Shown here in pieces: positions 27,369 through 27,583 of a DNA stretch of 27,583 bases. This stretch comes from an uncultured Alphaproteobacteria bacterium (GTDB lineage Bacteria; Pseudomonadota; Alphaproteobacteria; Rs-D84). The DNA is taken from positions 1 to 27,583 of the forward strand of contig CAMRSV010000010.1 in the NCBI GenBank assembly GCA_947053455.1, read 5' to 3'. The translations under genes and the position numbers were made by a program. Numbering within the stretch: position 1 is the stretch's first letter; the number at the start of each line of letters is the position of its first letter. The notes beneath the pieces are model-generated. The model was not told the DNA's origin and searched no databases. It saw nothing but the letters and a program-made list of their open reading frames with translations.

Positions 27369-27556
27369 CGCATATTGGTATTTACTCCTGTTGCAAATGG
27401 GGCATAGAAACCTCAAGATACGAAAGAAGCCCACGTGGGCATTGTCTTGTCCAGTCGAAATGGCTGGAGGCCTGTGATATATTTAAATAAACAGGGCAAT
27501 CGACTTTCGTATTGTTTCTATCCTCCAGCCACTTGAAATAATTCCAGTGGTTTTTT
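27369..27556 (+). ncRNA. C4/CI-like antisense RNA and attenuator cassette 3 (core RNA 27461-27531)
   Basis: Closing stem TGGCTGGAGG/CCTCCAGCCA; hairpins CCTGT..ACAGG and GCAAT..ATTGT; CTTTCGTAT(27504-27512) and GTTTCTAT(27514-27521) complement ATACGAAAG(27418-27426) and ATAGAAAC(27404-27411); overlapping terminator CCACT..AGTGG+T6. Confidence 0.65.
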
Positions 27557-27583
27557 GTTTTTATTTACAATTTTGGGGGATGA

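Noticed and set aside
27189-27440. CRISPR array
   Set aside because: Only two 12-bp repeats 240 bp apart, and no cas genes.

Overview
Chromosomal window from a small-genome alphaproteobacterium. Markers are a two-piece permuted tmRNA, alpha-type RpoZ and dacA-holB-tatD synteny; rubrerythrin and very Cys-rich exported proteins suggest an uncultured gut lineage such as Rs-D84/'Ca. Enterousia' (inference). Housekeeping content: obgE, ssrA, tsaB-rimI, radC, Pif1-like helicase, HI0933 flavoprotein, lysophospholipase, ybaK, an mlaEFD-pqiC operon, a beta-barrel OMP, rpoZ, mtaB, dacA, holB, tatD, smpB and three tRNAs. The most striking unexplained signal is three non-coding cassettes (about 877-1112, 27107-27311, 27354-27556) with little sequence identity but one shared architecture. 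Each has a promoter, two short target boxes, a loopless palindrome, a competitor hairpin, and a ~70-nt three-stem RNA whose loop and bulge are antisense to its own boxes and whose closing stem overlaps an intrinsic terminator. This resembles phage P1 C4 / P4 CI antisense-RNA switches, but here each copy has its own specificity code, no phage genes are present, and one copy gates a Cys-rich secreted protein gene. Other highlights: a Lon homologue with an RpoH-type promoter that lacks the whole protease domain and ends in an IGF motif; a tRNA-linked repeat antisense to its own tRNA; a 1270-aa Cys-rich surface protein; and a gene split by one in-frame TAG.
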